Of a DNA stretch of 64,000 nt, positions 25,963-47,757 are shown one piece after another. The stretch covers positions 17,728,001-17,792,000 of the forward strand of contig CP086569.2 in assembly GCA_009914755.4 (NCBI GenBank), in the 5' to 3' direction. The position numbers and the translations under genes were made by a program. The stretch's first letter is position 1; each line of letters starts with the position of its first letter. The notes beneath the pieces were generated by a model that did no database searches, was not told where the DNA came from, and saw only the letters and a program-made list of their open reading frames with translations. The stretch comes from the human T2T-CHM13v2.0 reference genome, Homo sapiens.

Positions 25963-28900
25963 TTATTTTATTTTCTCTTTAAAAAAACTAAAATAATAAT
26001 TGTATTACCTTAAATATCAGACAAAGGAATAATATATACTAAAGGCACAGAAAAATGAGCATATAATTAAAATAAAAAACCTTTGAATTTGGTTTGTTCT
26101 AAACAGCTATATTGGAAAGAAACATCACAAATAGAAATGTTTGGATAGTGAATTAAAGCACAAAATTAAAAGGAACATGAGTTTACCAACATCACAGAGT
26201 GTTCAGTGGAATTTCTTCATATTTTTCATTTTCTCATCTTGTAGCAACTTTGCTAAACTGTGAAAACATTATATGTAGGAACTAACCATTTCTGTCTTTG
26301 AACCACCTTGAGACTCAATAAATTTCTCTCATTTCTGCATAGCGATACATCACAACAATTTTTACTTTGAAGAATCATGATTGCTATAAACTGAAATAAT
26401 GGAAAGAGACATTTGCTCTCTTTATATTCTATATATGATTCTATATATCTTTTATCTATATAATTATATATATTGATTCTATATATCTCAATTTAAAGAG
26501 TGTTATAATTCTTAGTGGAAAGATGAGATTAACATTGTCTAATTACATGTACTTTACAAAGAGAAGAAACCCAATAAGCAACTTAATCAAGTCATCAAGT
26601 TTAAAATTTTAGCAGTGAGATACCCTGAGAAGGACAAAGTATGACTCCTGTGGTAATAGCACCAAAAATTTGTAATATCAAGGGGATCACTTACAACCTG
26701 CCAATGGAAGTGAAAATTATTTAAAACTTGCATACCTCTACTGAAATTGAAAATGGTTAACACATACCATAACAGTCTGTAATTTTGGTTCTAGGCATGT
26801 AACCTAAAGACAATTTTTCTTATGGTGTGCCAAGTGGATAAATAAGATAAGGTTCATTCATGACAACTGTGTTGATATATTATGAAGAGTAAATCAGTCA
26901 AGATTTTTACCCAGAGCGGAATGTGCAATACAATGCAATAAAATCAAGCGGTTGAAATAATGGACATTAGCTATTATAATAACACTGATAGATGTAAAAC
27001 ACTTTGCATAAAAAGTAGGAAAAACAAACCCATATCCCTAGTATATAATTTATATAAAGTTTATAACGTCTGCATCCCTTGGGGATATACAATTTTAATA
27101 TAAAACTGTAATACCTGAATGGGCAGAATCCACAACAAAGCTATGTTGTTGGTTGCTCTTTGTGAGGGTGTTAGATTGTAATGAGATGGAGAAGGCTTGG
27201 AAAGTAGAAAAGACAAGAAATTTATAATTGATATTCTGTTTATTTTTATTTTGTAAGACTGAAAAAGATTTACCTGCAGCATTTATCATTAATAGTTGTT
27301 CATGTGTTTACAGTGCTGATATAGACATACACACATATATTTATGCTAGAATCAGCTCATTGTCAATTGAAAATACTTTGAAAGTGCAAAAAAAATTCAA
27401 GTGTTTGCACATCTACATGAAATATCACATGACCTGTTCAGAAAAATGAAGCAGCTACTGTGTAGATGTGTTTTTCCTTCATGCTAGGTGCTTTGTGACA
27501 CACTTTGCATGCATGTTTCCCTTTAACTGCCATGATTAGTCTTGGAAGTGTGTGCTATTAACTGTATGTAGCCCAAGCCATATAGAGTTCACGTAAGTAT
27601 TGGATTGTTAGAGAGGAGTCAGAATTTGGAGACAAGTACCTGTACTCCTCCTAGCTACACTACATTGACATCGTTTTTCAGAATTTTAAAGTCTTGCTTC
27701 TCAGTAGGTTGAGTTTGAAGGATTGTCACCGAGAGAAAACAAAAGCAAAAACTAGGAGCAGTAGAGAAACAACAACTAACTGAATGTAACCCTTCTCAAT
27801 GAAAAAGGAGTGGAATTAGCCTGGCTTGTATCATATTCCTACATGGGAAGACTGTTCAGATGCCACTGCTTGGCACAGAATCATAACAGCACTGATCTCA
27901 TTGCCTCTTCTGTGTTAGGTATCAAGACATAACAGAGTTATAAGAGGCTGAGATTTAAATGCAAACATTAACAAAGATATGATGAAATGAAGTGGGCAGC
28001 AATTGTAAATAAACACACTCATAAAAACTGAGAGCCTATGTATGTCCCTAAAACATTCACAAATAGAGTGGTCACTTATATTCTTCAACCCAATTTACCC
28101 CACCATAAAATTGGCTTTTTTTATTCCAAAGCTGCTTCTCAACAAAGACAAATTCCTTTATAATTTTTGTTCTGCCTCTTCTATTTTGCACACTACTCTT
28201 GTTGTTGCTGTTGCTTCTGGATTTGCTTTGTTTTTATGATAAGTTAATTACCCTCTTGTTTTAAGCATGATATACTTATTGCAAAGTATACTACAATAAG
28301 TATACTTTTATACTTACTATGATACTTATTTTTATACTTTTCATTCTTATGCTGAATAAAGTTAGACTTTGATGAAAACACGTTTTCATTATCATTTATT
28401 TAGCCCTTTCATTTTTTAATTAAAAACTTGAAATTAAAGTTTAATTTTAATTTGAAAATTTACTTCAAAAAGTAATGTATTTTAGGACCAACTTTCCATG
28501 ACATGTTATTGTGAAGACCTTTTCTCTACTATAATTTTTTCCAAATTTATATAAGAAAATATACATATCATCTTATTCATTTTTTAGTGTACAGTTCAGT
28601 GATATTAAATACTTTCTTAATGTTGTAGAAGCATAATGACCATTCATATTCAGAGTGTTTTCTTCTACCCAAACTAAAATTCTGTCCCCATTAAACATTA
28701 TTTCACTATTTCTCCCTTCCCAATCCCGAGGTGTTCAACATCCTGTGACAGGTTGGGTGTCACTAAAGCAGGTCTCCCTAACAACATTTTCAGCACTGAT
28801 TGAATGGTGAAGTTACATATTAAAAGCTGAAACAACAAATGCTCTTATGCAAAGGCTGGAATGTAACAAAAGCCCACCAAGAGCTTTGCCCAGGCTTCTC

Positions 28901-29961
28901 CAGGGCCTTGAAGCATAACAAGGAATTCTTAACAGGTCCTGTTAAGGAATTCTTAACAGGACCCATTTAGGATGGAACAAGTTTTATTGGGGGTCAGAAG
29001 AAAATCCCCAGACCTCCACAAACAAGCTTTATTTGAAACTAAAGGAATTCCCCAAACTTCCACAATTTAGCAGGAGACTAGATAAAGGTAATTACCCTAG
29101 CACCTGGGCCCATTTAGATTAAGGAAATTTACTGATGCTGCAGAGGAAGGTCTTCAGGACTCAGACCTTATTTGTAGATTAGAAGTTAATCGCTTATGTC
29201 TTTAAGTGCACACACACTTACATGTAGAGATATAGCTTAGAAGGTACAGAAGCTCTGGAAGACTTTGTAATTTTGAACTGGCCTGGTGATAATTTCCAGG
29301 ACTTCTCACTGTGACCAGATACAGAAATAAAAATTCTCTTCCTCCTCAGTGAATCTGCATCTTGTTTTTCGTCCACAGGAAGAAGCAGCCCCACCCTCAG
29401 TTTGGTTCGGGAACAATTCTACTTTCTGTCTCCATGAATTTGACTACACTTGTGACCTCACAAAACTGGAATTATACAGTATTTATCATTTTGTTCCTGG
29501 CTTTTTTCACTGAGCATAAAGTCTTCAAGGTTCTTCCATGTTGTAGCCTGTGTTAGGATTTCCTCCCTTCTATGGCTAATAACACTTTGTATGAATATGC
29601 TATACTTTGTTTATCCATGCATCCACAATGGACACTTAGTTTGCTTCCACCCTTTCACTACTCTGAATAATGATACTATGAACATGGGAACAAATATTTC
29701 TTAGAGACATTGCTTTCTATTCTTTTGGATATTTACACAGAAATGCAATTGCAGAATCATATGGTAGTTCTGTTATAAAGTTTTTTAGGAAGGACCATAC
29801 TGTTTTTCACAGCAGCCTTACCATTTTACAATCCCACCAACAGTGCACAAGTCTTTCAGTTTCCCCACATCCTGTCCAACACTTGTTATTTTCTGTTTTT
29901 TGAAATTATGCTTATCCCAATAAGTGTGTCAATACCTTTATTTCTAAAGATATATTTTACC

Positions 29962-30289
<328 letters not shown>

Positions 30290-30294
30290 TTAAT

Positions 30295-30790
30295 TTTGTT
30301 GTAACAACTTTCATTCACATCTGTGTGAAGAGACCACCAAATAGACTCTGTGTGAGCAGTAAAGCTTTTTAATCACCTAGGTGCAGGTGGGCTGAGTCCA
30401 AGGGAGATAGGGGTGGGGCCGTTTTATAAGATTTGGGTGGGTAGTGGAAAATTACAGTTAAAGGGGGTTTTTCTCTGGCAGGCAGGGGCAGGGGTCACAA
30501 GGTGCTTAGTGGCGGAACTTTTGAGCCAGGATGAGCCAGGAGAAGGAATTTCACAAGGTAATCTCATCAGTTAAGTCAGGAAACAGCCATTTTCACTCCT
30601 TTTGTGGTGGAATGTCATCAGCTAAGGCATGAACAGGCCATTTTCACTTCTTTTCTTATTCTTCAGTTATGTCAGGCTATCTGGATATATACGTGCAGGT
30701 CACAGGGAATATGATGGCTTAGCGTGGGCTCAGAGGCCTGACAACCACCTTCTGCCTTCCTCCCTGAAGTATGGACTCTGTGTGTGTGTG
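30295..30790. mobile_element. Unclassified LTR-like interspersed-repeat fragment (possibly an ERV LTR such as an LTR12/HERV-9-type; uncertain)
   Basis: tgtgtgaagagaccaccaaatagactctgtgtgagcagtaaagctttttaatcacctaggtgcaggtgggctgagtcc... reads to me like a repeat consensus, but I cannot name the family. No TSD or partner LTR seen. Confidence 0.35.
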
Positions 30791-30850
30791 TGTGTGTGTA
30801 TGTGTGTATGTGTGTGTATCTGTGTGTGTGTGGTGTGTGTGTCTATGTGT
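30778..30850. repeat. (TG)n microsatellite
   Basis: tgtgtgtgtgtgtgtgtatgtgtg... Confidence 0.95.
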
Positions 30851-31578
30851 TTACAACTTGATGTGAGGCAGAATAAAAAGAGCAAGTTTTCATATATTTA
30901 TCTTTTAATCCATGAAACTACCAACTAAGTTTACTTTCTCCAACTGTAGATATAGAAAGCACTAATGTTTAACAATTTCAGGCTCATTTTCATGTAGCCT
31001 AAACCCATATTTAGGGAGAGAAGTCCAGAACGTACTAGAGATAACTGACATATTTTGTTGTTGGAATTGCTACCTATTCTTGCTGCAAAGTTGTTATAAA
31101 ATTTTCTCGCCTAGAGTCTCCTTCATTCCAGCAATTCAGAGAAGCTGGATAAAATTGTATCTCATGAGGACAGATGTCATTAGAAATGCACAGGCTTTTG
31201 TCTAAATTTGGCTTTCATTCATTCTTTCATCAAATATTTATTGAGTCTATACTATATTCCAGTTGCTTGGCATAAGAGTAAAGTTGTGAAGCTGTGCAGC
31301 AGAATTAATGCCACCTTCTTCCTGCTCCCACAAAGGTGCACATCCTGCCTTTCATTCCTTCAAACTCAAGAGGGTTTGTACTACACAGTGCATGGTTCAC
31401 CACACAATAGGCAATGTGGAGCACTGGTGTAAAGCTGACTGGAAGTAAGAGGCTTTGATGAGTGATCTAATGGAGGATGTTTATTTCCTGCTTAATTGAA
31501 ATACTGAGACCAAGCAACTCTGGCACACCTTGCAGAGGAAAAAACAAACAAACAAACAAAGAACATGAAGATGCTATG

Positions 31579-31881
31579 GTCTGGGTGGAGTACCTCAGGC
31601 CTGTTATCACAGTGCTTTAGGAGGCTGAGAAGGGAGGATCACTTGAGCCCAAGAGTTCAGCACTAGCCTGGGTGGTAGCCTAGGGAGACTCTGTCTCTAC
31701 AAAAACTAAATAATAATAACAATAATTAGATGGGCATGGTGGCACATGTCTGTATTCCCAGCTACTTGAGAGGCTAAGGCAGGAGAAACACTTGAGCCCA
31801 GAAGTTGGAGGCTGTGGTGAGCCACTACTGCACTCCAGCCTGGGTGACACAGGCTGTCACTCAGACTCGTTCTCAAAAAAA
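31579..31881 (+). mobile_element. Alu SINE
   Basis: ggtctgggtggagtacctcaggcctgttatcac ... ctgcactccagcctgggtgacac. Confidence 0.85.
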
Positions 31882-32271
31882 GTGTACATATATACAATAT
31901 ATACATAATTTAAAAGGTGCTATAGCCAGCTCAAGACGATTAATTCCAATACTCCTCTGTAAGTAAATGTGACTAAAACAATTTCTCAGATTCTCACCCA
32001 TCTCCTCAGCAGCCAGTCCCTACAACAATTTAGGAAATAGCTGAGCAAAGGCCACATGCCTTAGGTGGTGGAAACAAAATTGAACAATTACACACAACCC
32101 CATGCCCTCAAGAGTTTGGGATCCCTTGGAGAGGAAACTCAACATTTGACATTTCAAATATCCACTCATCTTTCAGTCTTCCTAACAGGCATACAGCCTT
32201 CTTCTGGGAACTTTTTAAAAGAGTTCATACAAGTGATATTTGCATTTTATTGTAGATTTAACTTGTATGCC

Positions 32272-32575
32272 TTTTTTTTTTTTTTTTTTTGAGAAGAGGG
32301 GGTCTCAATCTGTGATCCAGACTGGATTGCAGTAGCATAATCTTGACTTACTGCAACCTCTGCCTCCCAGGTTCAAGTGATTCATCTGCCTCAGCCTTCT
32401 GAGTAGCTGGGATTATAGGCACACACAACCATGTCCAGATAATTTTTGTATTTCAGTAGATATGGTGTTTCACAATGTTGACCAGGCTGGTCTCAAACCC
32501 CTGAACTTGACTCATCTGCCCGTCTCAGCCTCCCAAAGTGTTAGGATTACAGGCAGGAACCACTGTACCTGGCCA
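32272..32575 (-). mobile_element. Alu SINE (antisense)
   Basis: T(20) then gagaagagggggtctcaatctgtgatccagactgg ... caggaaccactgtacctggcc. Confidence 0.9.
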
Positions 32576-32604
32576 GTTTGCATTCTTAAAAACTACTGAT
32601 TTCA

Positions 32605-32870
32605 AGCCTTCCTTCCTTCCTTCCTTCCTTCCTTCCTTCCTTCCTTCCTTCCTTCCTGCTTTCCTGTCTTCCTGCCTTCCTCCCTCCCTTCCTCCCCTCC
32701 TTCCTCCCTCCCTCCATAACTCCCTCCCCTTCCTTCCCCTCCCCCCTCCTTCCTTCCTTCCTTCATTCCTTCCTTCCTTCCATTCTCTCTCTTTCTTTCT
32801 CTTTCTCTCCTTCCTTCCTTCCTTCCTTCCTTCCTTCCTTCCTTCCTTCCTTCCTTCCCTCCATCCTTCC
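32605..32870. repeat. (TTCC)n microsatellite, about 265 bp
   Basis: ccttccttccttcc... with a few interruptions. Source of artefact ORFs 32538..32987 and 32763..33179. Confidence 0.95.
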
Positions 32871-32874
32871 TGTT

Positions 32875-33135
32875 TGACAGTGTCTCTCTCTGTTGCCCAG
32901 GCTAGAGTGCAGTGGCATGATATTGGTGCACTGCAACTTCTGCCTCCTGGGGTTCAAGCAATTTTCCTGCATCAGCCAAGTGAGTAGTTGGGATAACAAA
33001 TGCCCGCCAACATGCCTGGCTAATTTTTGTGTTTTTTTTAGAGACAGGGTTCTTGAACTCTTTACCTCAAGTGATCTGCATACCTTGGCTTTGCAAATCA
33101 CTGGGATTACAAGTGTGAGCCATAGCACCTTGATG
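32875..33135 (-). mobile_element. Alu SINE (antisense)
   Basis: gacagtgtctctctctgttgcccaggctagagtgcagtggc ... ggattacaagtgtgagccatagcacc. Confidence 0.9.
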
Positions 33136-33462
33136 ATGTTAAGTATCTTTACATATCCATAGGCACAGGTGTTTCTCACAGCTTACAGGCTATCAGAGGA
33201 ATATAAGTGTTTCACATACATACGTGACATTTATTTTCATGGTTGCCTCTTTGGGCAGATTTTTAAAAGTAAAACGATTCCTCATTGGATACTTAAAACA
33301 TCTCTTTCTGCCATTCTTCTCCAAGAAGCAGTAATTATCTTCCATATGTACAGCCTAGCATTTTATAATTGTACTAAATGTGAGTATATCCATAAAACTT
33401 TAGTAGATTTTATGATATTAGAATCTATAAATAATGCAAAGACTTCAACTCATAGGTTTTTA

Positions 33463-38846
<5,384 letters not shown>

Positions 38847-38957
38847 AGAAATATTCACATTGTTTCAGGTAAATACAGTTTATATTTTTAAAACATCCAT
38901 TACTTATCTTATTATGAGAATATATCATGCAGCACAACCCTTTGACATTAATGGGCA

Positions 38958-38964
38958 TTTGGAG

Positions 38965-39003
<39 letters not shown>
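38958..39003. repeat. (GT)n microsatellite
   Basis: gtgtgtgtgtgtgtgtgtg... Confidence 0.95.
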
Positions 39004-39180
39004 CATGTCTGTGTTATATTTTGGTTTTTATTTACTTTCTTCCATGAGATGTTACAATAAAAATCCTTGCTAAACCCTCCTTCAGGGCACTTGCTAGACA
39101 GAATTAATAAATATATTAAAAGAAAAAATAGAGGAAGGGGGTTATTTTCATTTTCAACCTATTAAATAATGACATATTTT

Positions 39181-39497
39181 GTTTCATTTTGTTTTGTTTT
39201 GGAGACAGGATCTCACTCTTTCAGTCAGTCTAGAGTGCAGTCATGCAATCATGACTCATTGCAGCCTTGACCTCCAGTATCCAAACCATCCTCCCACTTC
39301 AGGCTCCTGTCTAGCTTGGACTATGGGCATGTGCCTTCACACCTGGCTATTTTTCAAAATTTTTTGTAAAGATGATGTCTCCCTGGGCAACCAGCCTATG
39401 TTGCCCTGGCTGGTTGTGAACTGTTGCACTCAAACAATCCTCTTGCCTCAGCCTCCCACAGTGCTGGGATTACAGGCTTAGGTCATTGTGCCTGGTC
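39181..39497 (-). mobile_element. Alu SINE (old, antisense)
   Basis: ggagacaggatctcactctttcagtc..agagtgcagtcatgcaatcatgactcattgcagcc ... gctgggattacaggcttaggtcattgtgcctgg. Confidence 0.8.
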
Positions 39498-39509
39498 CTC
39501 TTTTTATTT

Positions 39510-39755
39510 TCTCTTTTATTTGATAGCATCTTCTCATGTAGCCAAGGCTGGTCTCAAACTCTGGGCTCAGGTTTTTCTTCCAGCTTAACCTCTTGAGTAG
39601 CTAAGATTACAGGCCCTTGCCACAATTCTTGACTAATTTTTTAAATTTTTTGTAGAAATAGGGTCTCCCTGTGTTGCCCAGGCTGGTCTCAAACTCCTTG
39701 GTGTCGAGCAATCCTCCTTCTATGACCTCCCAAGCCACTGCGCCCCGCCAAGTCT
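39510..39755 (-). mobile_element. Alu-derived fragments (antisense)
   Basis: agccaaggctggtctcaaactctgggctcagg ... gtagaaatagggtctccctgtgttgcccaggctggtctcaaactcc. Confidence 0.6.
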
Positions 39756-39759
39756 TTTG

Positions 39760-39822
39760 TTATTATTTTATTATTATTATTATTGTTGTTGTTGTTGTCA
39801 TTGTTGTTATTATAATAAAAAT
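39760..39822. repeat. (TTA/TTG)n low-complexity tract
   Basis: ttattattttattattattattattgttgttgttgttgtcattgttgttattat. Confidence 0.85.
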
Positions 39823-40888
39823 GCATACTTCCATCAAAAGTAAAAAGGGAGTGCCTACTCCCCATAAGTTTACCAACTTCCAGGGTTCTGTGACATTAAT
39901 ACTTGATAAGCCATGATGTATAATTAAAATTACTTTTATTATAATTTGTAACTTTCTAATTACAAATTTTATTTATTCACGACCTTGTATTCCCCAGAAA
40001 AAAAAATTCATGTATTTTGCCTAATATTCTATGGAAAATCTGTGTTTGCTATAAAAATCAGACATTTCTCTCTGTTTGTTTATTGTACCTGTATCATCTA
40101 TGTATTACATATGTTGAAAGTAGATGGTTGGAAGGTCAAAATTGCCATCTTATTATGTCTGCGTTGTCTTATTGAAAATAAGCTCCTAATCATTTATCAG
40201 CTCTTTTCTTTATTGTACATATAAACTTATATAAAATAAAAATTCCAGTGGGTAACTAGAAGAATTGAAGAATGAAGCCACCAGCAGTACTATCAAGTAA
40301 AAAATTATTCCCCATGCACAGATTGCCTGTTTCACATATCATCACAACTGCACTGTTTTTATTAATATTTCACTCATTTCTCATCAGCACCATAAAATAT
40401 TTCCCATATTTTTGTTTTCATTTTAATTTTTTTGTCTTTGAAGAAAATGCTTTTGAATTTTTAAATTGTTTTCTCATTGTTGAATTGAACACAATATTTC
40501 ACTTCTTTGGGGTTTTTATTCAAAATTACAGGCTTGAGTCTCTATGCCTGGCCTGTAGCAGCTTTTGAAGGGACAAAAGTTGAGCCCATTCACACTTAGG
40601 GAGAAAAAAACATGAATTGAGCAAGAGAACTAGTTTTTTGTTTGGGATACTAACATGTGCTGGAAATCACCACCACTGAAAAAATGTAGGAGGAACAATA
40701 TTATGGAATTTGGATAAATCATAACAGCCTTACTTACTGTGTTCTGTTTTCTTTGGTTCTTCTCAGTGTCCTAGAAAGTGGCTGAAATCAGCTCAGAGCT
40801 ATAAACTAAGGACTGACTTCTAGGATGCTGATACCTCTTCACCTTTCCAGCATCCTGAGAGGATGTGATACCAACAAGTGTTCAATTA

Positions 40889-43430
<2,542 letters not shown>

Positions 43431-44164
43431 AAGAGGTTTGTACCTCTTTATTTTATTCATTGTGTTTGTTCATTAGTACCTTTCAGTTAAATGCAGACTA
43501 CCTATCTCTCCCCCACCACGTCTAACTGAATTTTTCTCCAGCTACGTAGAATACTTTAAATACGTCCATACTTAAGTAGTCTCCTTCCAGGCTATTGCAT
43601 TTTCCCTACTGCTGCTGTAAAAAATCAACACTAATTTAGTTGCCCAAAACATGATCCATTTAGAATCTGGCAGTTCTCTAGATCAGAAGTCCAACACAGT
43701 TTTCTCTGGGCAAAAATCAATGTCTTGGCAGACTGTGTTCTTTTTTGGAAGCATTTTCAAGGAATTTGTTTTCAGGTTAACTCAAGTTGTTGCCAAACTA
43801 ACACCTAATTTTGTCGCTGGCTGTCAGTTAAGGGTTATACCCAGATTCTAGAGGCTGCCAACCTTTCTGGGAAAGAGGTCCCCTTCCTCCTCCTAAAAGC
43901 GATTAATGCTGCATTCATCCTTCTCAGGTCATATAACTAGGACACCTCCTTAACTGCACATTTTCACCTTGAAAAACTCATGTGATGAGATATGGTTTAT
44001 CTGGATGAATCACCCCATCTCAAAGTCCTTAATCACATTTACAAAGTCCCGTTTGCCAGGTAACGTCAAATGTTCACCGGTTTCAGGATAGCCACTTCTG
44101 GAGGGCCATTCCTGTGCTTACAACAGAAATTGTGTCTCTTAATTTGATAGAAAGCTTTGGATCA

Positions 44165-44690
44165 TCACGCAAGACTTTGTGAAGGATGATGATGCTGGTG
44201 ATGATGATAGTGATGGTGATAGTGATGGTGCTGAGGCTGATGGCAGTGCTGATGACGATGATGGGGATGATGACAATGAGAGGGTCATGGAGATGATGGG
44301 AATGATGATGATGATAATTGTAGGGATGATGGTGATGGTGATAATGATAGCGATGGTGATGATAATGGGAATGATGGTGATAACGATGATAGTGATGGTG
44401 ATGATGATGGGAGTGATGATAATGATGAGGATGATGATGATAATGGTGATAATAGTGATGATGGTGATGATGATAATGATGGCAAAGATGATGGTGATGA
44501 TAATGATAATTGCGCTGATGATAATAATAATTGTGGTGATGATAATAATAATGGTGGTGATAAGAATGATGGTGATGGATGATGATGATGGTGATGATGA
44601 TAATGATGGTGTTGAGGGTGGTGATGATGGTGATGATAGTGAAGACAATGATAGTGATGATCATTGTAATATGGTAGTGATAGTAATTAT
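44165..44690. repeat. Imperfect GAT/GGT/GAC trinucleotide-based minisatellite, about 530 bp
   Basis: gatgatgatggtgatgatgataatgatgg... throughout. Every frame on both strands gives a long low-complexity ORF (D/G-rich, M/I/V-rich, H/Y-rich, S/P-rich). Confidence 0.9.
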
Positions 44691-45419
44691 AAGATTATAA
44701 AATCTCATTGCTGTACAGATTTAATCAGATAGAATGTTGTTGAAAAGCATGAGATAATAAAGAAATTGAGGTATTTTTTCTTTCCTACTTATGTACAAAT
44801 GTCATGTCCAACTTACAAACATATCCAGGACAAGACCACACTTTATGTTATACTTTTAAGGTCTTCCCTGTAGAATAAATTGAGCCTTTTATTATCAAGT
44901 TTTCTTATCTTTTCTTAACTCCCTTGGTTGACTGCTTTTCAGATTTAGGTGATGTGTCCCCTGTTAAGGAGTTGAAGCTGGCTAACATAACTGCCCATGA
45001 TGATTTTCCTAAAGTTCGGTAACTATAAGATCTAAGAACCCTATGGGCTTAGTGACCATACCCAGTCTGAATGTAGCTTTGTTGTTTAGAAAGCTATGAG
45101 TAATTTTAGTTCGTACTAGAAAATGAGACATAGTGCCTTATGAAAGTAACACTTTGAGAAAGAATGGAAGGAAATGTACTCTAGCAAATGAACCCACAGC
45201 TCAGTTCAAATGGATCAACAGTGCCATTTGTGATGTTTACATTTCTTTGATTTAAAAACACATTTATTTAAAATATATATATTTAAAACCCATTTATATA
45301 TATTAAATATGTATATACACATATGTTAAATACCCATTTATTAAAATGCACATACACACACGTGCACATGCACACACACACCTATTCTTGGATTTTATTT
45401 GAGCAGAGATGAATCCAGC

Positions 45420-45759
45420 TGATATGGTTTGCTTATGTCCCCACCTAAATCTCATCTTGAATTGTAAATCCCCATGTGTCAAGGATGGGGCCAACTGAAT
45501 CATGGGGGTGGATTCCACCATACTGTTCTCATGGTCGTGAATAAATCTCACAAGGTCTCATGGTTTTATAAGTGGGAGTTTCTCTGCACAAGCTCTCTTG
45601 GCTGCTGCCATGTAAGACACGACTTTGCTCCTCCTTGCCTTACACCCTGAGTGTAAGGCCTCCCAAACTTATGGAACTGTGAGTCCACTAACCTCTTTTG
45701 TTTATAAATTACCCTGTTTTGGGTATATATTTATTAGCAGCATGAGAACAGACAAATAT
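45420..45759 (+). mobile_element. MaLR solo LTR (THE1/MST-like)
   Basis: Begins tgatatggtttgcttatgtccccacctaaatctcatcttgaattgta and ends ..ttattagcagcatgagaacagacaaatat, matching the start and end of the THE1/MST consensus. Confidence 0.7.
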
Positions 45760-46035
<276 letters not shown>

Positions 46036-46914
46036 ATTCTCAGGGAATTCCTAAGAGCAAGGATCTGAGTGACTGACTGTAGTATAGCTTATAAAAGATT
46101 CCTTAAAGGAAACCAGAATGGGTGGCTCTGTTCTGCTTACGTTGCACTCTTGTTTGGCCAAGTTACTGATCTTCAGTTAAATACACTCCTACTCTATTTG
46201 AAAGGGATCCATGGGGTGGTGTTGGTGCTCATTAATTAATTACAGTTTGATTCATTAACGAAGAGTGATGAAGTAAGTGATTTGACCGACTTAGGGAATA
46301 TTTTCTTTCAAGTTGTAACTTAGAAAACAACCCCATATATCTGATCTCTGCTTCGAAAGGGAAGAAGGGTAAGAGAACACCATGCCCTTTTAAGGAGTTT
46401 GTGTCTTGAAAAAAATAGGCAGAAGTGTACACTAGAATTATATTTTGGGTACCAATAAGTGCAAGCATTGGCCTGTTCCCTAAGGGAATATCATAGGCAT
46501 AGATTCAGGGAGCTGGATGCCATGTCATGGAAGCTTCTGCAAAGTGCCAGAAGAAATCTGCTTTTATCTTTCTTTAATACCAAGTGTATTTATTGGAGAG
46601 TAAAACTTCAACATACTGAATAGTTGCTTGAGATATGCCTTAAAATTAAAGGTAAAGGTAAGATGTGTGTGTTTAGTCTTTATGAGAGCTTTCTAACCCT
46701 GTCTCACTCCCTCAACATGCCAACAAATCAAAAGTCACAAAATGGAAGGAAGATAATGATTCTCAATACAATTATATGCCCTTGGAAGGTTACAGGACCA
46801 AACTATTGGGTCCTTTGATCCAAACATTTGTCTTCAATAACCTCTACTCAGTCACTGCAAATAAATTACTAGACCAGAATCCTTTGCTAAGTTTTAGACT
46901 CTAATAAAACATAT

Positions 46915-47140
46915 ATTGAATATATTTATATTATATATTAGTTATATAATATAAGTATAAAATATGTCCTTTTTATTTTATTCAATACAAATGTATTAAT
47001 ATTAATATATTTATAAATATATTAAATATTAAACATAATTATATTAAATATCAACATATTAAATATTAAATATGAACATGTTGAATATGTTTAACATATT
47101 TAACATAGTAAATAAATATATTCATTAAATATAAACATAT
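46915..47140. repeat. AT-rich degenerate tandem repeat (TATTAAATA / AACATATT units)
   Basis: Reiterated atattaaata, aacatattaaatat and ttaacatatt motifs. Confidence 0.7.
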
Positions 47141-47146
47141 TATAAG

Positions 47147-47425
47147 TTTTTTTTGAGTTGGAGTCTCATTCTATTGCCCAGGTTGAAGTGCTGTGGTGTG
47201 ATCTCTGCTTACCACAACTTATGCCTTCTAGGTTCAAGCTATTCTCCTTCCTTAGCCTCTAAAGTAGCTGGGCTTTCAGGTGCACACCACCACACTGGGC
47301 TAATTTTTGTGTTTTTAGTAGAGATGGGGTTTCACCATGTTGGCCAGGCTAGTCTCAAATTCTTCACCTCAGTTGATCCACCTGCCTTGGCCTCCCAAAC
47401 TACTGGGATAACAGGTGTGAGCCAA
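47147..47425 (-). mobile_element. Alu SINE (antisense)
   Basis: ttttttttgagttggagtctcattctattgcccaggttgaagtgc ... ggataacaggtgtgagcca. Confidence 0.85.
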
Positions 47426-47757
47426 GATATTGGGATTACACCCAGACAAGATATTAAAATATATTTAATAGACACAACTGTACCTCACACATATACATTT
47501 GAATATCGCATAAATATCTTTAATATATTTATCCAAAATGAATCTAAAATTAGCTAAAGGATTCCAGATTTATAAGAGGAAGACTGTTATAATTTGTCCA
47601 AATTGCATAATATTCTTCCTCCTATATTTCTTATGGGATGATGATTTCCAACACATGTTAATATCCCAAACACAAAAATGAGGGCTCATGGTTCATTCAT
47701 TGTTGTCTCCTTAATTATTATTGGGCTCAACCTTTATCCCTTCAAAATCTCCTACAG

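Noticed and set aside
28925-28960. Short tandem duplication aaggaattcttaacagg(t/a)cc x2
   Set aside because: A single 18-bp duplication, probably replication slippage. Too small to interpret.
44165-44690. Could the regular short repeats be a CRISPR array?
   Set aside because: The context is eukaryotic (Alu, L1, HERV). The repeats are 3-6-bp units without unique spacers, and there are no cas genes.
44083-44700. 193-aa His/Tyr-rich, 169-aa Ile/Thr/Ser-rich and 173-aa Met/Asp/Gly-rich ORFs
   Set aside because: All are read-throughs of the GAT/GGT minisatellite, seen in all six frames. Compositional artefacts, not a gene. The His-rich ORF at 48287..48703 is the same.
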